A stretch of DNA of 45,294 nt from Escherichia phage M01. Both the position numbers and the translations under genes were made by a program. The notes under the pieces are model-generated. The model did not search any database, had not been told where the DNA came from, and worked only from the letters and a program-made list of their open reading frames with translations. This document shows, piece after piece, positions 1 through 9,724 of the stretch; the stretch's first letter is position 1, and every line of letters starts with the position of its first letter. The stretch is taken from the sequence record OR061069, one strand, 5' to 3'.

Positions 1-12
1 AGTGGGGTAGTT

Positions 13-180
13 ATGTTCAGTGACATCGACGCAGCGATAGAAGAAGCAATCTGGCGTCGCTACAACGGCGAGCAACAACGGCACTTCTGCCTGGTGCAAC
101 GGGGTAACATGATTGCCGTAGTGCAGGACCGCGATAACAAATATCCGAATGCGATGTGGACAACGAGGAATTTCTTATGA
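13..180 (+). CDS. hypothetical small early protein (55 aa); frame is open to window start so may be truncated
   Basis: ATG 13, stop 178-180; tightly packed with following small ORFs. Confidence 0.3.
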   Translation: MFSDIDAAIEEAIWRRYNGEQQRHFCLVQRGNMIAVVQDRDNKYPNAMWTTRNFL

Positions 181-374
181 TGAAACGTTTCTTTATCAGT
201 TATGCCTGGACAAGCGTCGCAGGAACTGGCTTCGGCAACTGTACGGCGTCACCAGAAAAAGGTGAAAAACTTACAGTAAAGGATATTCGATCGATTGAAT
301 CAGATGTGGCCTCGCGTATGCCACCCAACTCGAAGGTTGCAATTATATCCATAGTGGAGATTGCTGCAGAATGA
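156..374 (+). CDS. hypothetical small protein (alternative starts ATG 177/180)
   Basis: ORF track; overlaps previous stop. Confidence 0.3.
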   Translation: MDNEEFLMMKRFFISYAWTSVAGTGFGNCTASPEKGEKLTVKDIRSIESDVASRMPPNSKVAIISIVEIAAE

Positions 375-607
375 TTACCAGCATTCCGAACCTGATAAAA
401 GAATACGGCACGATGGCGGAGACATGCCGACAAACCGGCATCAACGAAATGACGATTGCGAAGTACAGCAAAGACGTTGACTGCGAGCGCCACGTAATTT
501 ATAACAACCGTCTTATGACGCACGTTAAGACAAGCCCGGTGTTATTCACGCGCAGGGGCATCACTAAAACTGAGCAACGTATTGCTAAAGAGGAGAGTGG
601 GGAATGA
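371..607 (+). CDS. hypothetical protein, possible HTH DNA-binding
   Basis: 78 aa ORF; ATGA overlap with neighbours. Confidence 0.35.
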   Translation: MITSIPNLIKEYGTMAETCRQTGINEMTIAKYSKDVDCERHVIYNNRLMTHVKTSPVLFTRRGITKTEQRIAKEESGE

Positions 608-753
608 TTGAGTTTGATGATGTTTTATTTGAGGAATACCGCGGAACGGTGTTTTTGACTGTGATGTACGGTGTTTACTCAAAGTCCTTTAACGGGTTTT
701 CGAAAGCAGATTGCATAAATCAATTACTGCAATGGGTGGTAAGCCGAAAATAG
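604..753 (+). CDS. hypothetical small protein (49 aa)
   Basis: ATG 604 overlapping upstream stop; stop TAG 751-753. Confidence 0.3.
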   Translation: MIEFDDVLFEEYRGTVFLTVMYGVYSKSFNGFSKADCINQLLQWVVSRK

Positions 754-763
754 CCACACCACA

Positions 764-787
764 AGCCCTCTACGGAGGGCTTTTCTG
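764..787 (+). terminator. rho-independent terminator
   Basis: hairpin agccctc-tacg-gagggct followed by TTTT. Confidence 0.5.
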
Positions 788-809
788 TACATCCCGCCCA
801 ATCCCCTTA

Positions 810-840
810 TATAATCCCTTTAGACGCGTAGGGCGCGTCT
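810..840 (+). promoter_or_regulatory. TATAAT -10 (810-815) followed by inverted repeat agacgcg-N5-cgcgtct (822-840) upstream of terS
   Basis: read directly; half-site agacgc recurs at 857-862. Confidence 0.35.
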
Positions 841-880
841 GGTGCGCTCTGATGGTCAGACGCATATGCAAGGGGATTCT

Positions 881-1427
881 ATGAAGCTGAAACTCAAGCA
901 GCCATCGCCAGAGGTGGTGCAAGCGGCACATGAAGAAGCTGTTAGCGCAAACCGTCGCCGTAAACGACCGCGCGGCAAACAGAGCCTTTATCAGTCGTCC
1001 CGTAATTCCGCTGCGCTGTGGGACCCGGACTATTGCGACGCGTTAATCGAGTTCTTCGACCGACACGTCGTGGGAACTTGTGCCTACATCTAAGGGTGAC
1101 GAACGCCCACTGATTCAGGATAAACCGCCATCACTGGCCCGTTTCGCACTGCACATCGGCGTCACTACCCCAATTATTAAGCTGTGGCTGCGCGAGATTC
1201 CCGCATTTGCAGAAGCATACGAAACAGCGCAGGCGCTGGAAGAGGCGTACTTCACCGAGACAGGGGCCGCCGGCATCTCCGCTACGTTTGCCGCCGCTAA
1301 GCTGGGCCTCAGCAAAGAGAAACCGGTTGAATCCACCGAAGAAACAGCACCGACCGAGATTATTTTCGGTGTTGTGGAGCCTGTAGGTAAAATCGTTACC
1401 ACGAATATGGGCGAGGTAGAGGAATGA
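881..1427 (+). CDS. terminase small subunit (putative), split by a frameshift near 1047-1093
   Basis: RBS aagggga before ATG 881; sits directly upstream of terL; N-part frame 2, C-part frame 3. Confidence 0.5.
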
Positions 1428-2676
1428 GTATTCAGCTATCCGCGCCTCAGGCACTGTTCCTGAATTGCGATAACAAGTACAAAGCCTACGTCGGCGGCTT
1501 CGGAAGCGGCAAGACGTTTGTCGGCTGTCTCGACCTGCTTACGTTTATGCTCAAGCACCCCGGTACGCGCCTGGGCTACTTCGGCCCGACATACCCGGCC
1601 ATACGTGACATCTTCTACCCGACATTCGAGGAAGCGGCTAACCTGCTCGGCCTTGATGTGCTGGTTAAATCCGGCGACAAAGAAGTCGTTGTAACTCGCG
1701 GTAAGACGGTGCTCGGGACCGTTATCTGCCGTTCTATGGATAACCCCGGCTCGATAGTCGGCTTCAAAATCGCGGCTGCGGTCGTGGATGAGCTGGACGT
1801 ATTGAGCCGTGAGAAAGCCGAGCTGGCGTGGAACAAAATCGTAGCCCGCATGCGTCTGGTTATTCCCGGTGTAACTAACCACATCTCCGTCACCACGACG
1901 CCGGAAGGGTTTAAGTTCGTTTACGCCAAGTTCAAGGAGAACCCGACGCCGAGTTACTCAATGGTGCAGGCCTCCACCCACGAGAACGCGCAGATTCCTG
2001 CCGCCGGATTACATTAGCTCACTGACCGAGACTTACCCGGCGCAACTGATTAACGCGTACCTGAACGGCGAGTTCGTCAACCTGACATCCGGCAGCGTCT
2101 ATTACGCATACGACCGGCGCAAGCACCGCAGCAAAGAGACAATTCAACCGGGCGACACGCTGTACATCGGGCAGGACTTCAACGTTACGAAGAACGCCAG
2201 CGCCGTGTATGTACAGCGTAAAGATGGCTGGCACGCGGTTGCAGAGCTGAAGGGTCTGTTTGATACGCCGGACACCGTGCGCGTAATTACCGAGAAGTGG
2301 AAGTCACAAGGCCACCGCATCGTCGTTTACCCCGACGCTAGCGGCAAGAACCGTAAGACAAACTCGGCGTCAATCTCTGATATTGCATTACTCCAGCAGG
2401 CCGGGTTTCGATGTTCGCGCTAAATCAGCCAACCCACCGGTTAAAGACCGCGTTTTAGCCGTGAACACCGCGCTGGAAAAAGGTAAGCTGTGGGTTAATG
2501 ACCACTTATGTCCTGAGATAGCCAAGACGCTGGAACAGCAGGCATACGACGATAACGGAGAGCCGGCTAAAGACGGCGTCATTGACCATATGGCTGATGC
2601 TCTCGGCTATCCTGTAGTTTATGAGATGCCGGTGGTTAAACCAGTAATCAACATCCCGGTGACTTTCGCACTTTAA
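1424..2676 (+). CDS. terminase large subunit, split by frameshifts near 2000-2017 and 2400-2425
   Basis: Walker A GGFGSGKT; three consecutive frames give continuous terminase-like sequence. Confidence 0.8.
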
Positions 2677-2688
2677 GAGGATTATTAA

Positions 2689-4159
2689 ATGTTAACTATG
2701 AACGGTCAGAATCAGGGTGTTAAGACAAAACACCGGGAATGGCTGCATCACTTCGATAAATGGCAGAAGGTGCGCCACGCACTGGAGGGCGACCTTATCC
2801 GCTATCTGCGCAACGTCGGGAAGAACGAACCTGACCCCATCTACGCAGCCCAGCGCCAGGAAGAATACGAGAACGGCGCTATCTGCTACAACTTCACTAA
2901 ACGCACCCTGGCCGGGATGGTTGGTAGCGTCATGCGCAAAGACCCCGAACAGATTATCCCGCCTGAGCTTGAGTACCTGTTACGTAACGCCGACGGTTCG
3001 GGTGTAGGGCTGTGGCAGCACGCTCAGGATACTTTGATGGAGATTGACTCAGTAGGTCGTGGCGGGTTGCTGGTGGACGCCCCGGAGACAGCCGCGGCAA
3101 CGGCAGCCGAACAGAATGCGGGACTACTAAACCCGGTCATTGCATTCTATACCACAGAGAACATCATCAACTGGCGACTGACCCGCATCGGTTCAGTGAA
3201 CCGCGTGACGATGGTCGTGCTGCGCGAGGTGTGGGAGTACTCGGAGCCGGGCGCAGAGTTCGAAACCAAGTTCGGTGAGCAGTATCGCGTTCTCGATTTG
3301 ATTGACGGGCGCTACCGCCAGCGCATTTACCGCTTCGATGCCGAAGGTGGTGGCTAATGGTGAAGTAATCGAAATATTCCCGGAACTTGGCGAACAGTTA
3401 CGCGGCAAAATCCCGTTCACGTTCATTGGGGCAAGCAACAACGATGCGACCATCGACGATGCGCCTTTGCTGCCGTTAGCTGAGCTTAATATCGGACATT
3501 TCCGCAACAGCGCGGACAACGAGGAATCCAGCTTCGTTGTAGGGCAGCCCACTCTGTTCATCGCCCCTGGTGAAAACATGAGCATGGAACAGTGGAAAGA
3601 AGCCAACCCTCACGGCGTCCGCACGGGGTCGCGTTCAGGCCACAACATTGGTTACGGCGGCAATGCGTTTCTGGTTCAGGCAGGGGAGAACAACCTCGCC
3701 AAACAGAACATGCTGGATAAAGAGAATCAGGCGATTCAGATTGGTGCGCAGCTTATCACCCCGACGCAGCAAATCACCGCTGAATCGGCCCGTCTGCAAC
3801 GTGGTGCTGATACTTCAGTTATGGCAACAATCGCACGTAACGTAAGCATGGCGTACACTGATGCGCTGCGCTGGGTGGCTGCGATGCTTGGGCTGCGTGA
3901 AGGCACAGAGATTGAGTTCAAGCTGAATATGGAGTTCTTCCTGCAACCGATGACCGCTCAGGACCGTGCTCAGTGGATGGCGGATATTAACGCGGGTCTG
4001 TTACCGGCTACCGCTTATTATGCTGCGTTGCGCAAGGCAGGTGTAACTGACTGGACGGACGAGGACATTCAGAACGCTATTGAGGACGCACCTCTGCCGT
4101 TGGGTGCTGTTACTCAGGTGGCTGGAGAGATTCCGCAGTCGGCGCAACAACAGGAGTAA
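2689..4159 (+). CDS. portal protein, frameshift near 3300-3357
   Basis: about 490 aa across two frames; position after terL. Confidence 0.7.
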
Positions 4160-4165
4160 ATAGAA

Positions 4166-4195
4166 AGGCCCCTTAAGGGGCCTTATCTTTTCTTT
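4166..4195. terminator. bidirectional intrinsic terminator
   Basis: aaggcccc-ttaa-ggggcctt hairpin with flanking T-rich tract; between convergent genes. Confidence 0.6.
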
Positions 4196-4475
4196 ATACA
4201 AATATGAATCCATTGCTGGAAGAGGTGTATCGGGTGGTGCCGTTTTTCGTTTCGGGCCAACAGATATATGAGCGACCATGATACTCTACCCACCAAAGTT
4301 CTACATCGGCATCCCCATTAGGTCGCGTCAACCACCCGTGGTGCAGCCAATACTTGCGCCCTATTTTAAATATGCCTTCTTCGCATGAAGGCCTGCAACA
4401 GGCGACGCACTCTACTTGAACACCATCAACATGCACACATGTCATATGTAAATTACTGTTTGAATATTTAGCCAT
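4194..4475 (-). CDS. Cys-rich hypothetical protein (possible zinc-binding), moron-like
   Basis: 93 aa minus-strand ORF inside plus-strand late operon; RBS aaggaa; TATAAT 4521-4526 on minus strand upstream. Confidence 0.45.
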   Translation of the reverse strand: MAKYSNSNLHMTCVHVDGVQVECVACCRPSCEEGIFKIGRKYWLHHGWLTRPNGDADVELWWVEYHGRSYICWPETKNGTTRYTSSSNGFIFV

Positions 4476-4508
4476 TTCTAAATTCCTTATCTCTCGTTTT
4501 GATGTAAT

Positions 4509-4533
4509 GAATAGTACCCTATTATATTGGTGT
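4509..4533. promoter_or_regulatory. conserved 25-bp element copy A (gaatagtaccctattatattggtgt)
   Basis: near-identical to 6259-6283 and 16027-16051; IR aatag-tacc-ctatt; minus-strand reading gives TATAAT. Confidence 0.55.
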
Positions 4534-4583
4534 CTGCAAATATTATTTTTATGCGTTACACTGTCTATACTACAGGAGGGCTT

Positions 4584-5631
4584 ATGAGCTTACTTACATC
4601 CCTAATCAGCCACCAGATATGGCTACAACGCGCCGCATCCGGTGAAGTGAAAGACCTCGCACCGTTTATTAAGGAGATGCGGGACGAAATCAAACGGCAG
4701 GTGCTGTTATTCGGCGACGACGGGCGAAGCACTGCGCGACTGAATAAACTGTTACGCGACCTCGAAGAAGCACTGACAGGGCTTACAGGTGACTGGCAAA
4801 CAAAGCTGACAGAAGACCTTAAGGAACTGGCGGCGTATGAGGCGGAGTGGAACGTAAAGGCACTGACCGCCAACGTAGACGCGGAGTTTGTTACACCTAC
4901 CGCCGAACAGGTGTGGGCTGCTGCCGAGTTTCAACCGCTCTCATTGAGCGACAAGCCTGTTGATTTCTCTAAGCTGATGACCGGCTGGGGCGAAACAGAA
5001 GTCGAGCGCCTGGTAACCGGCGTTAAGATGGGCTTTGTACAAGGCCAAACCACACGGCAGATTGTTAAGAATGTCGTAGGCGCTGGCGGACTGGCCGACG
5101 TCTCTGAGCGTAACGCCGCTACCGTCATCCGCACCGCGCTGTCCCACGTGTCTAACGAAGCCCGTAACGAGACGTACCGCCAGAACGAAGACATCATCGA
5201 GAAGTACGAGTGGGTGTCGACGCTAGACAGCCGTACCAGTACGATTTGCAGAGCCAGAGACGGAATGACGTGGGAAATCGGTAAAGGGCCGATGCCGCCA
5301 GCCCATCCGAACTGCCGAAGTACGTGCACTGCACCTGTAATCAGTTCAGAGTTCGATTTCCTGGATAAAGGTGCAAAGCGAGCGGCTAAAGGTGCGGACG
5401 GCGGTACTCAGGTAAGCGCAGACACCACCTATTACGAGTTCCTGAAGCAACAACCGTCGTGGTTTCATCGATGAAGCGCTCGGCCCGGTGCGAGGCAAGA
5501 TTTTCCGTAACAGCGGTATATCACCGGAAGAGTTTCGCGTAATATCTGTAGATGGTTTCGGGAATCCGCTGACGCTTAAGCAGATGGCGGAACTCGATAA
5601 ACGTGTTGCTGATTATCTGAAAGGGGAATAA
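4584..5631 (+). CDS. head morphogenesis protein (SPP1 gp7 / Mu F-like), frameshift near 5460-5475
   Basis: RBS aggaggg before ATG 4584; C-terminal part continues in another frame to TAA 5629-5631. Confidence 0.65.
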
Positions 5632-6091
5632 TGATGGGCTTTTCAAAGTAACTGATGTACCGTCACGTCGCGTAGTCCAGTTTGCTCGTGTGTCAGGCTC
5701 CGGTGAGAACGTGGTGTCTATTGGGGATGAAAGTGTACTGGGTACGCCGGTAGATGATATGCCGTTTGCAGATAAAACCGGTATTGCGTTACCCGCGGCG
5801 GGCATGCTTTATGAGATTCCGTATCTGGCGGACGCTGGCGATGTGTATTTCTCTGTGCAACCGAAAGACGCTGAACTGGTTGACGGCAGCGCGACTATCA
5901 CTGTCGAAGTTAAGGCAGGTAAAGCGCCGTATACGCTGACCTGGTACAAAGACGGTAAGGAAGTAGTAAACGCCCCGGAAGAGGCTTTGTCTCTGACGGT
6001 TAACGCGGTGGGTGAATACTTCGTTAAAGTCACCGATGCCGATGGAGTAGAGGCGGTAAGTAAAGCGGCGAAGGTTACGAAGCCAGAATGA
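5631..6091 (+). CDS. Ig-like domain protein (possible capsid decoration); ATG 5631 frame broken at T4 run 5640-5643, alternative GTG start 5690
   Basis: Ig-like motif PYTLTWYKDG; frame 2 open from 5621 with no ATG. Confidence 0.5.
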
Positions 6092-6094
6092 TAA

Positions 6095-6122
6095 AAGGCC
6101 CCACTATGGGGCCTTATTTTTC
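6095..6122. terminator. bidirectional intrinsic terminator
   Basis: aaggcccc-actat-ggggcctt then TTTTT; A-tract upstream. Confidence 0.6.
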
Positions 6123-6258
6123 ATCAAAGTTCACCATTCCCGCTGACTCTGCGTCCTCGACCCGCGCTAACAGCCCACACAAACAATCCTAAATTAACCA
6201 GTAACACAAATGAAATTGCGTACCATCAGTAACTTCACCTCCACTATCACGTTTTACT

Positions 6259-6283
6259 GAATAGTACCCTATTATATTGGTGT
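6259..6283. promoter_or_regulatory. conserved 25-bp element copy B
   Basis: identical 25-mer; minus-strand TATAAT at 6271-6276. Confidence 0.55.
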
Positions 6284-6336
6284 GCGCAAACTATTTGTTT
6301 ACGTATTCCGGTTATTCCACTCGAATTGTAAATGTT

Positions 6337-6385
6337 GGAATAAACTATTCGAATAGTTGACTTTTCACCAAAAATGTGCTAAGCT
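6337..6385 (+). promoter_or_regulatory. sigma70-like promoter with upstream box (TGTTGGAATAA-N2-TATTC; -35 TTGACT 6357-6362; extended -10 TGcTAAGCT 6377-6385)
   Basis: 17-bp spacer; palindrome ctattcgaatag 6345-6356; same box recurs at 7119-7142. Confidence 0.45.
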
Positions 6386-6563
6386 CCACCTGAGCTTGTG
6401 AAGTATGAACAAGCGACCGCGGCGTGGCAGGTAACGGAGCCGGACGTTAAGTCCGAGTGTAGTTACGCTGACGCGTTCGGAAGGGCCATACTCTATTGCT
6501 TGTGTAAAAAGTAACTGGGTTTACTGAGATTACGCCGTTTCTATGTTTAAATGATAAGGACTA

Positions 6564-6590
6564 GCGCCCCGCTTTAAGGCGGGGCTTTAC
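6564..6590 (+). terminator. intrinsic terminator-like hairpin in leader upstream of Rz
   Basis: stem gccccgc/gcggggc, loop tttaag, then tttacttat. Confidence 0.4.
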
Positions 6591-6609
6591 TTATCGAGAA
6601 AGGGGAAAC

Positions 6610-7019
6610 ATGAATCTTAAAGCAACTGTCGTAGCAGGAGCATGTTTCATCATCCTGGCTTACGCACACGGCATCTACCAGTACCGCAGCTGGCTGGAAC
6701 GAAGGCCAGCGCGAATCTCGTTTCGCAGCAACAGCAGAAAGCACAGGCTGAGTTAGCGAAGAAAACACAACGGCAGCAGCAGGACGAATCAAAGGCCGCC
6801 GCCGCTGACAACGAAGGCAAGACGAAATCAGAGGTGATTACCCGTGAAGTCGTTAAGTACATTAAAACGCCTGGTCGCAGCGTGTGCACTTTTGACGATG
6901 CTCGCGTCCTGCTCAAGTCCCGCGCCGTCGCCAACGCCAATTCCATCTCCGGATACGACGATGATGCAGCCACCGTGCAAGCTGGCGCACGCCAAGTAGT
7001 GACGCGGACGAGGACTTAG
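6610..7019 (+). CDS. Rz: i-spanin (Rz-like), frameshift near 6700-6756
   Basis: N-terminal TM segment then Q/A/K-rich periplasmic domain; lipoprotein ORF embedded in +1 frame. Confidence 0.55.
6844..6999 (+). CDS. Rz1: o-spanin (Rz1-like) lipoprotein embedded in +1 frame of Rz
   Basis: GTG start; signal peptide with lipobox LASC; Pro-rich mature part with C-terminal Cys. Confidence 0.6.
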   Translation: MKSLSTLKRLVAACALLTMLASCSSPAPSPTPIPSPDTTMMQPPCKLAHAK

Positions 7020-7092
7020 CTATTGACGTTCAGAACGCCGAATGCGTGCGGCAACTGCGTCTGAAAGTGTTCATGTTGCAGGACTACGTGAG

Positions 7093-7165
7093 GAATATTC
7101 TGGAATAGTTGCCTTGCATGTTGGAATAATTTATTCTTGACATGTAAATCCGGGTGGCCCGGATT
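7093..7165 (+). promoter_or_regulatory. upstream regulatory region of scaffold/capsid operon (second GGAATAA-N2-TATTC box, TTGACA 7137-7142, 8-bp hairpin 7146-7165)
   Basis: box shared with 6337-6362; no clear -10 found. Confidence 0.3.
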
Positions 7166-7190
7166 CCAACGTCCAGGGGACATACTGACT

Positions 7191-7892
7191 ATGAATCGTT
7201 TTTTACGTTATCCGTTCCAGGAAGAAGCTGGAGCAGAAGATAAAGCCGGTGGCGGTGACGCGCCGAAAATGTTCACAGCCGAAGAAGTTCAGGCGCTGAT
7301 TGAGAAAGAAGTTGCCGGGCTTAAGGCCAATCAGGAAGCATTGCTGGCGGAGAAGAAAGAAGCCGCTCGCAAAGCAAAAGAGGCTGAAGAAGAACGGCAG
7401 CGCGCACACCAGGAGGCGTTAAAAGCCGCTGGTAAGATGGACGAGTTTGAAAAGACGATTCGTAGCCAGTATGACCCGGTGTTAGCCGAGAAAGATGGTC
7501 GCATCTCCAAAATGGCAGAGCGCATCCTCGGCAGCGAACGTAAAGCGGTGTTAGGCTCTTTCGCGGGTGACTTCATCACCCCGGAAGCAGTGGACATTCT
7601 TGCGCCGTTCGTCAAGACTGAGTTCGAAGGCGATGATGTGGTTACTAAGTTTGTCGGCGCAGACGGCAACGTAATCACGACTGACCCGGAACAGTTCCGC
7701 AAATACCTGCGCGAACACAAAGCGTTTTCGCATTTGATTAAAGCAAATGCAGCTTCCGGCGGCGGGGCTTCCGGTAGCAAAGGCGGCGGGGCCGCACCAG
7801 CGTTTAAAGACATGAGTGAAGCGGAGCGTTTAGCTCTGTATAAATCGAACCCTGCCGAATTTGAGCGGCAACTTAAAGCCCTGAGGAAATAA
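7191..7892 (+). CDS. scaffolding protein (putative)
   Basis: charged coiled-coil-like sequence immediately before major capsid gene. Confidence 0.55.
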   Translation: MNRFLRYPFQEEAGAEDKAGGGDAPKMFTAEEVQALIEKEVAGLKANQEALLAEKKEAARKAKEAEEERQRAHQEALKAAGKMDEFEKTIRSQYDPVLAEKDGRISKMAERILGSERKAVLGSFAGDFITPEAVDILAPFVKTEFEGDDVVTKFVGADGNVITTDPEQFRKYLREHKAFSHLIKANAASGGGASGSKGGGAAPAFKDMSEAERLALYKSNPAEFERQLKALRK

Positions 7893-7894
7893 TA

Positions 7895-8946
7895 ATGGCA
7901 ATTACCACTATCGGCGATATCGTAACTGGCAACATCCCGGTCCTGGCGTCTTACATGACCGAGGACCCGGTAGAAAAAACCGCGTTCTTCCAGTCTGGTA
8001 TTCTGACCCCGACTCCATACGCTGCCGAGATTGCCCGCGGCTCGTCCAACATCGCTAACATCCCTTTCTGGAAAGCGATTGATACTTCTATTGAGCCTAA
8101 CTACTCGAACGACGTATACCAGGACATCGCAACCCCGCGTAACGTGCAGACCGGCGAGATGATGGCGCGCGTTGCATACCTGAACGAAGGCTTCGGCCAG
8201 GCAGACCTGACTGTAGAACTGACCAGTCAGAATCCGCTGCAATCCGTAGCGTCCCGTCTGGATAACTTCTGGCAGCGCCAGGCGCAACGCCGTCTGATTG
8301 CTACCGCGCTCGGTCTGTACAACGACAACGTAGCCGCTGACCGATGAATACCATACGCAGAACGATATGGTTGTCGACGTGTCCTGCTTCTCTGGGCTTC
8401 GACGCTGGCGCATTCATCGACGCTACCCAGACTATGGGCGATGCGCTGATGGGCAACGGCGGTGAAGTGCTGGGCGCTATCGCGATGCACAGCTTCGTTT
8501 ATGCGCAGGCGCGTAAGCAGCAGCTTATCGACTTCATCAAAGATGCTGACAACGACACCCTGTTCGCCACCTACCAGGGCTACCGCGTGATTGTTGACGA
8601 CAGCATGACCGTAGTTGGCTCCGGCTCGAGCCGTAAGTTCATCTCCATCATCTTCGGCAACGGCGCTATCGGTTACGGTGAAGGTAATCCGTCCAACCCG
8701 CTGGAATACGAGCGCGAAGCATCTCGCGGTAACGGCGGCGGTGTCGAAACCCTGTGGACCCGTAAGACCTGGTTGCTGCACCCACTGGGCTACAGCTTCA
8801 CCAGTGCGGTAATCACCGGCAACGGCACCGAGACTGTAGCCCGCTCTGCTTCCTGGCAGGACCTGGCGAACGCCTCCAACTGGAACCGCGTTGTTGAACG
8901 TAAGCACGTACCGATTGCCTTCCTGGTAACTGGTGTTGGTGCTTAA
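7895..8946 (+). CDS. major capsid protein, frameshift near 8340
   Basis: about 350 aa across two frames; follows scaffold; terminator hairpin after. Confidence 0.65.
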
Positions 8947-8962
8947 GGTTAAGCTTATAATC

Positions 8963-8993
8963 GAGAGGGACTTCGGTCCCTATTTTCATTTAT
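8963..8993 (+). terminator. intrinsic terminator after capsid gene
   Basis: agggac-ttcg-gtccct then T-rich tract. Confidence 0.45.
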
Positions 8994-9008
8994 TAAGAGG
9001 ATTCCTTA

Positions 9009-9351
9009 ATGGCAGACGTATTGAAACGACGCATCACCGGCGTCTCCGCTGACGCCCCGGGTGCTAAGATTGATATGGCGACTATTTCTCCTGCGTCTTT
9101 CTCTACCCCACTTAACGCTACTACCTAGGTTGCCGCCGGACGAGACTATGACCCTGACCGTCGCAGTAACTGGCGGTCTGGAGCCATATTCCTATCAGTG
9201 GTACAAGAACAACAACGCCATCACAGGAGCAAACGCTGCCTCCTATGCTAAAGCGTCGACCACTACCGCCGATTCTGGCACGTATAAAGTGGTTGTTCAC
9301 GATGTGTATGGTAATATTATCTCCAGCAGCACTGTAGCAACTGTGTCTTAA
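9009..9351 (+). CDS. Ig-like domain protein; N-terminal 39-aa ORF (frame 3) joins Ig-domain frame near 9120, alternative ATG 9148
   Basis: motif PYSYQWYKNN paralogous to 5690-6091. Confidence 0.4.
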
Positions 9352-9388
9352 TACAAACGGCCCTTCGGGGCCGTAATAAGGAAAGGTC

Positions 9389-9568
9389 ATGGCAGATAAT
9401 TATGTAATCCGCGAAAAGTACACCCACGTTGATGTTGTTGACGGTCAGGTGATGCCTGTTCGCGGTGTTGTAGAAGCGGATGAACTGGTTGCAACCCAAC
9501 CGGACAACGAAGAAGCGCACAACAACGGCGGTGGTGCTAAGCGTCGTCGCCGTAAGTCAGAGGATTAG
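9389..9568 (+). CDS. hypothetical small basic protein (59 aa)
   Basis: ATG 9389 after hairpin 9359-9376; stop TAG 9566-9568. Confidence 0.3.
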   Translation: MADNYVIREKYTHVDVVDGQVMPVRGVVEADELVATQPDNEEAHNNGGGAKRRRRKSED

Positions 9569-9571
9569 GAC

Positions 9572-9724
9572 ATGAATATCATGCGGCGCTTGCTCTGTAC
9601 CCACAAATACCTAACGGTAAGAGTCGCGTATGGTGACGAGATAATTGGTAGAAATTACAAGCGATACTGCCAAGAGTGCACAAAATGCGGCGCAATCAGA
9701 TACGTGGGTGGTGATAAATGTTAA
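9572..9724 (+). CDS. hypothetical Cys-rich small protein (zinc-ribbon-like, 50 aa)
   Basis: C-x2-H and CxxCxxC spacing; overlaps next gene start. Confidence 0.3.
   Translation: MNIMRRLLCTHKYLTVRVAYGDEIIGRNYKRYCQECTKCGAIRYVGGDKC

Noticed and set aside
3193-3606. 137-aa minus-strand ORF
   Set aside because: Antisense to the portal gene with no independent signals.
7331-8413. 360-aa ORF on the minus strand
   Set aside because: Antisense to the scaffold and major capsid genes; Ser/Arg/Ala-rich composition typical of the reverse frame of GC-rich coding sequence; no RBS or promoter.
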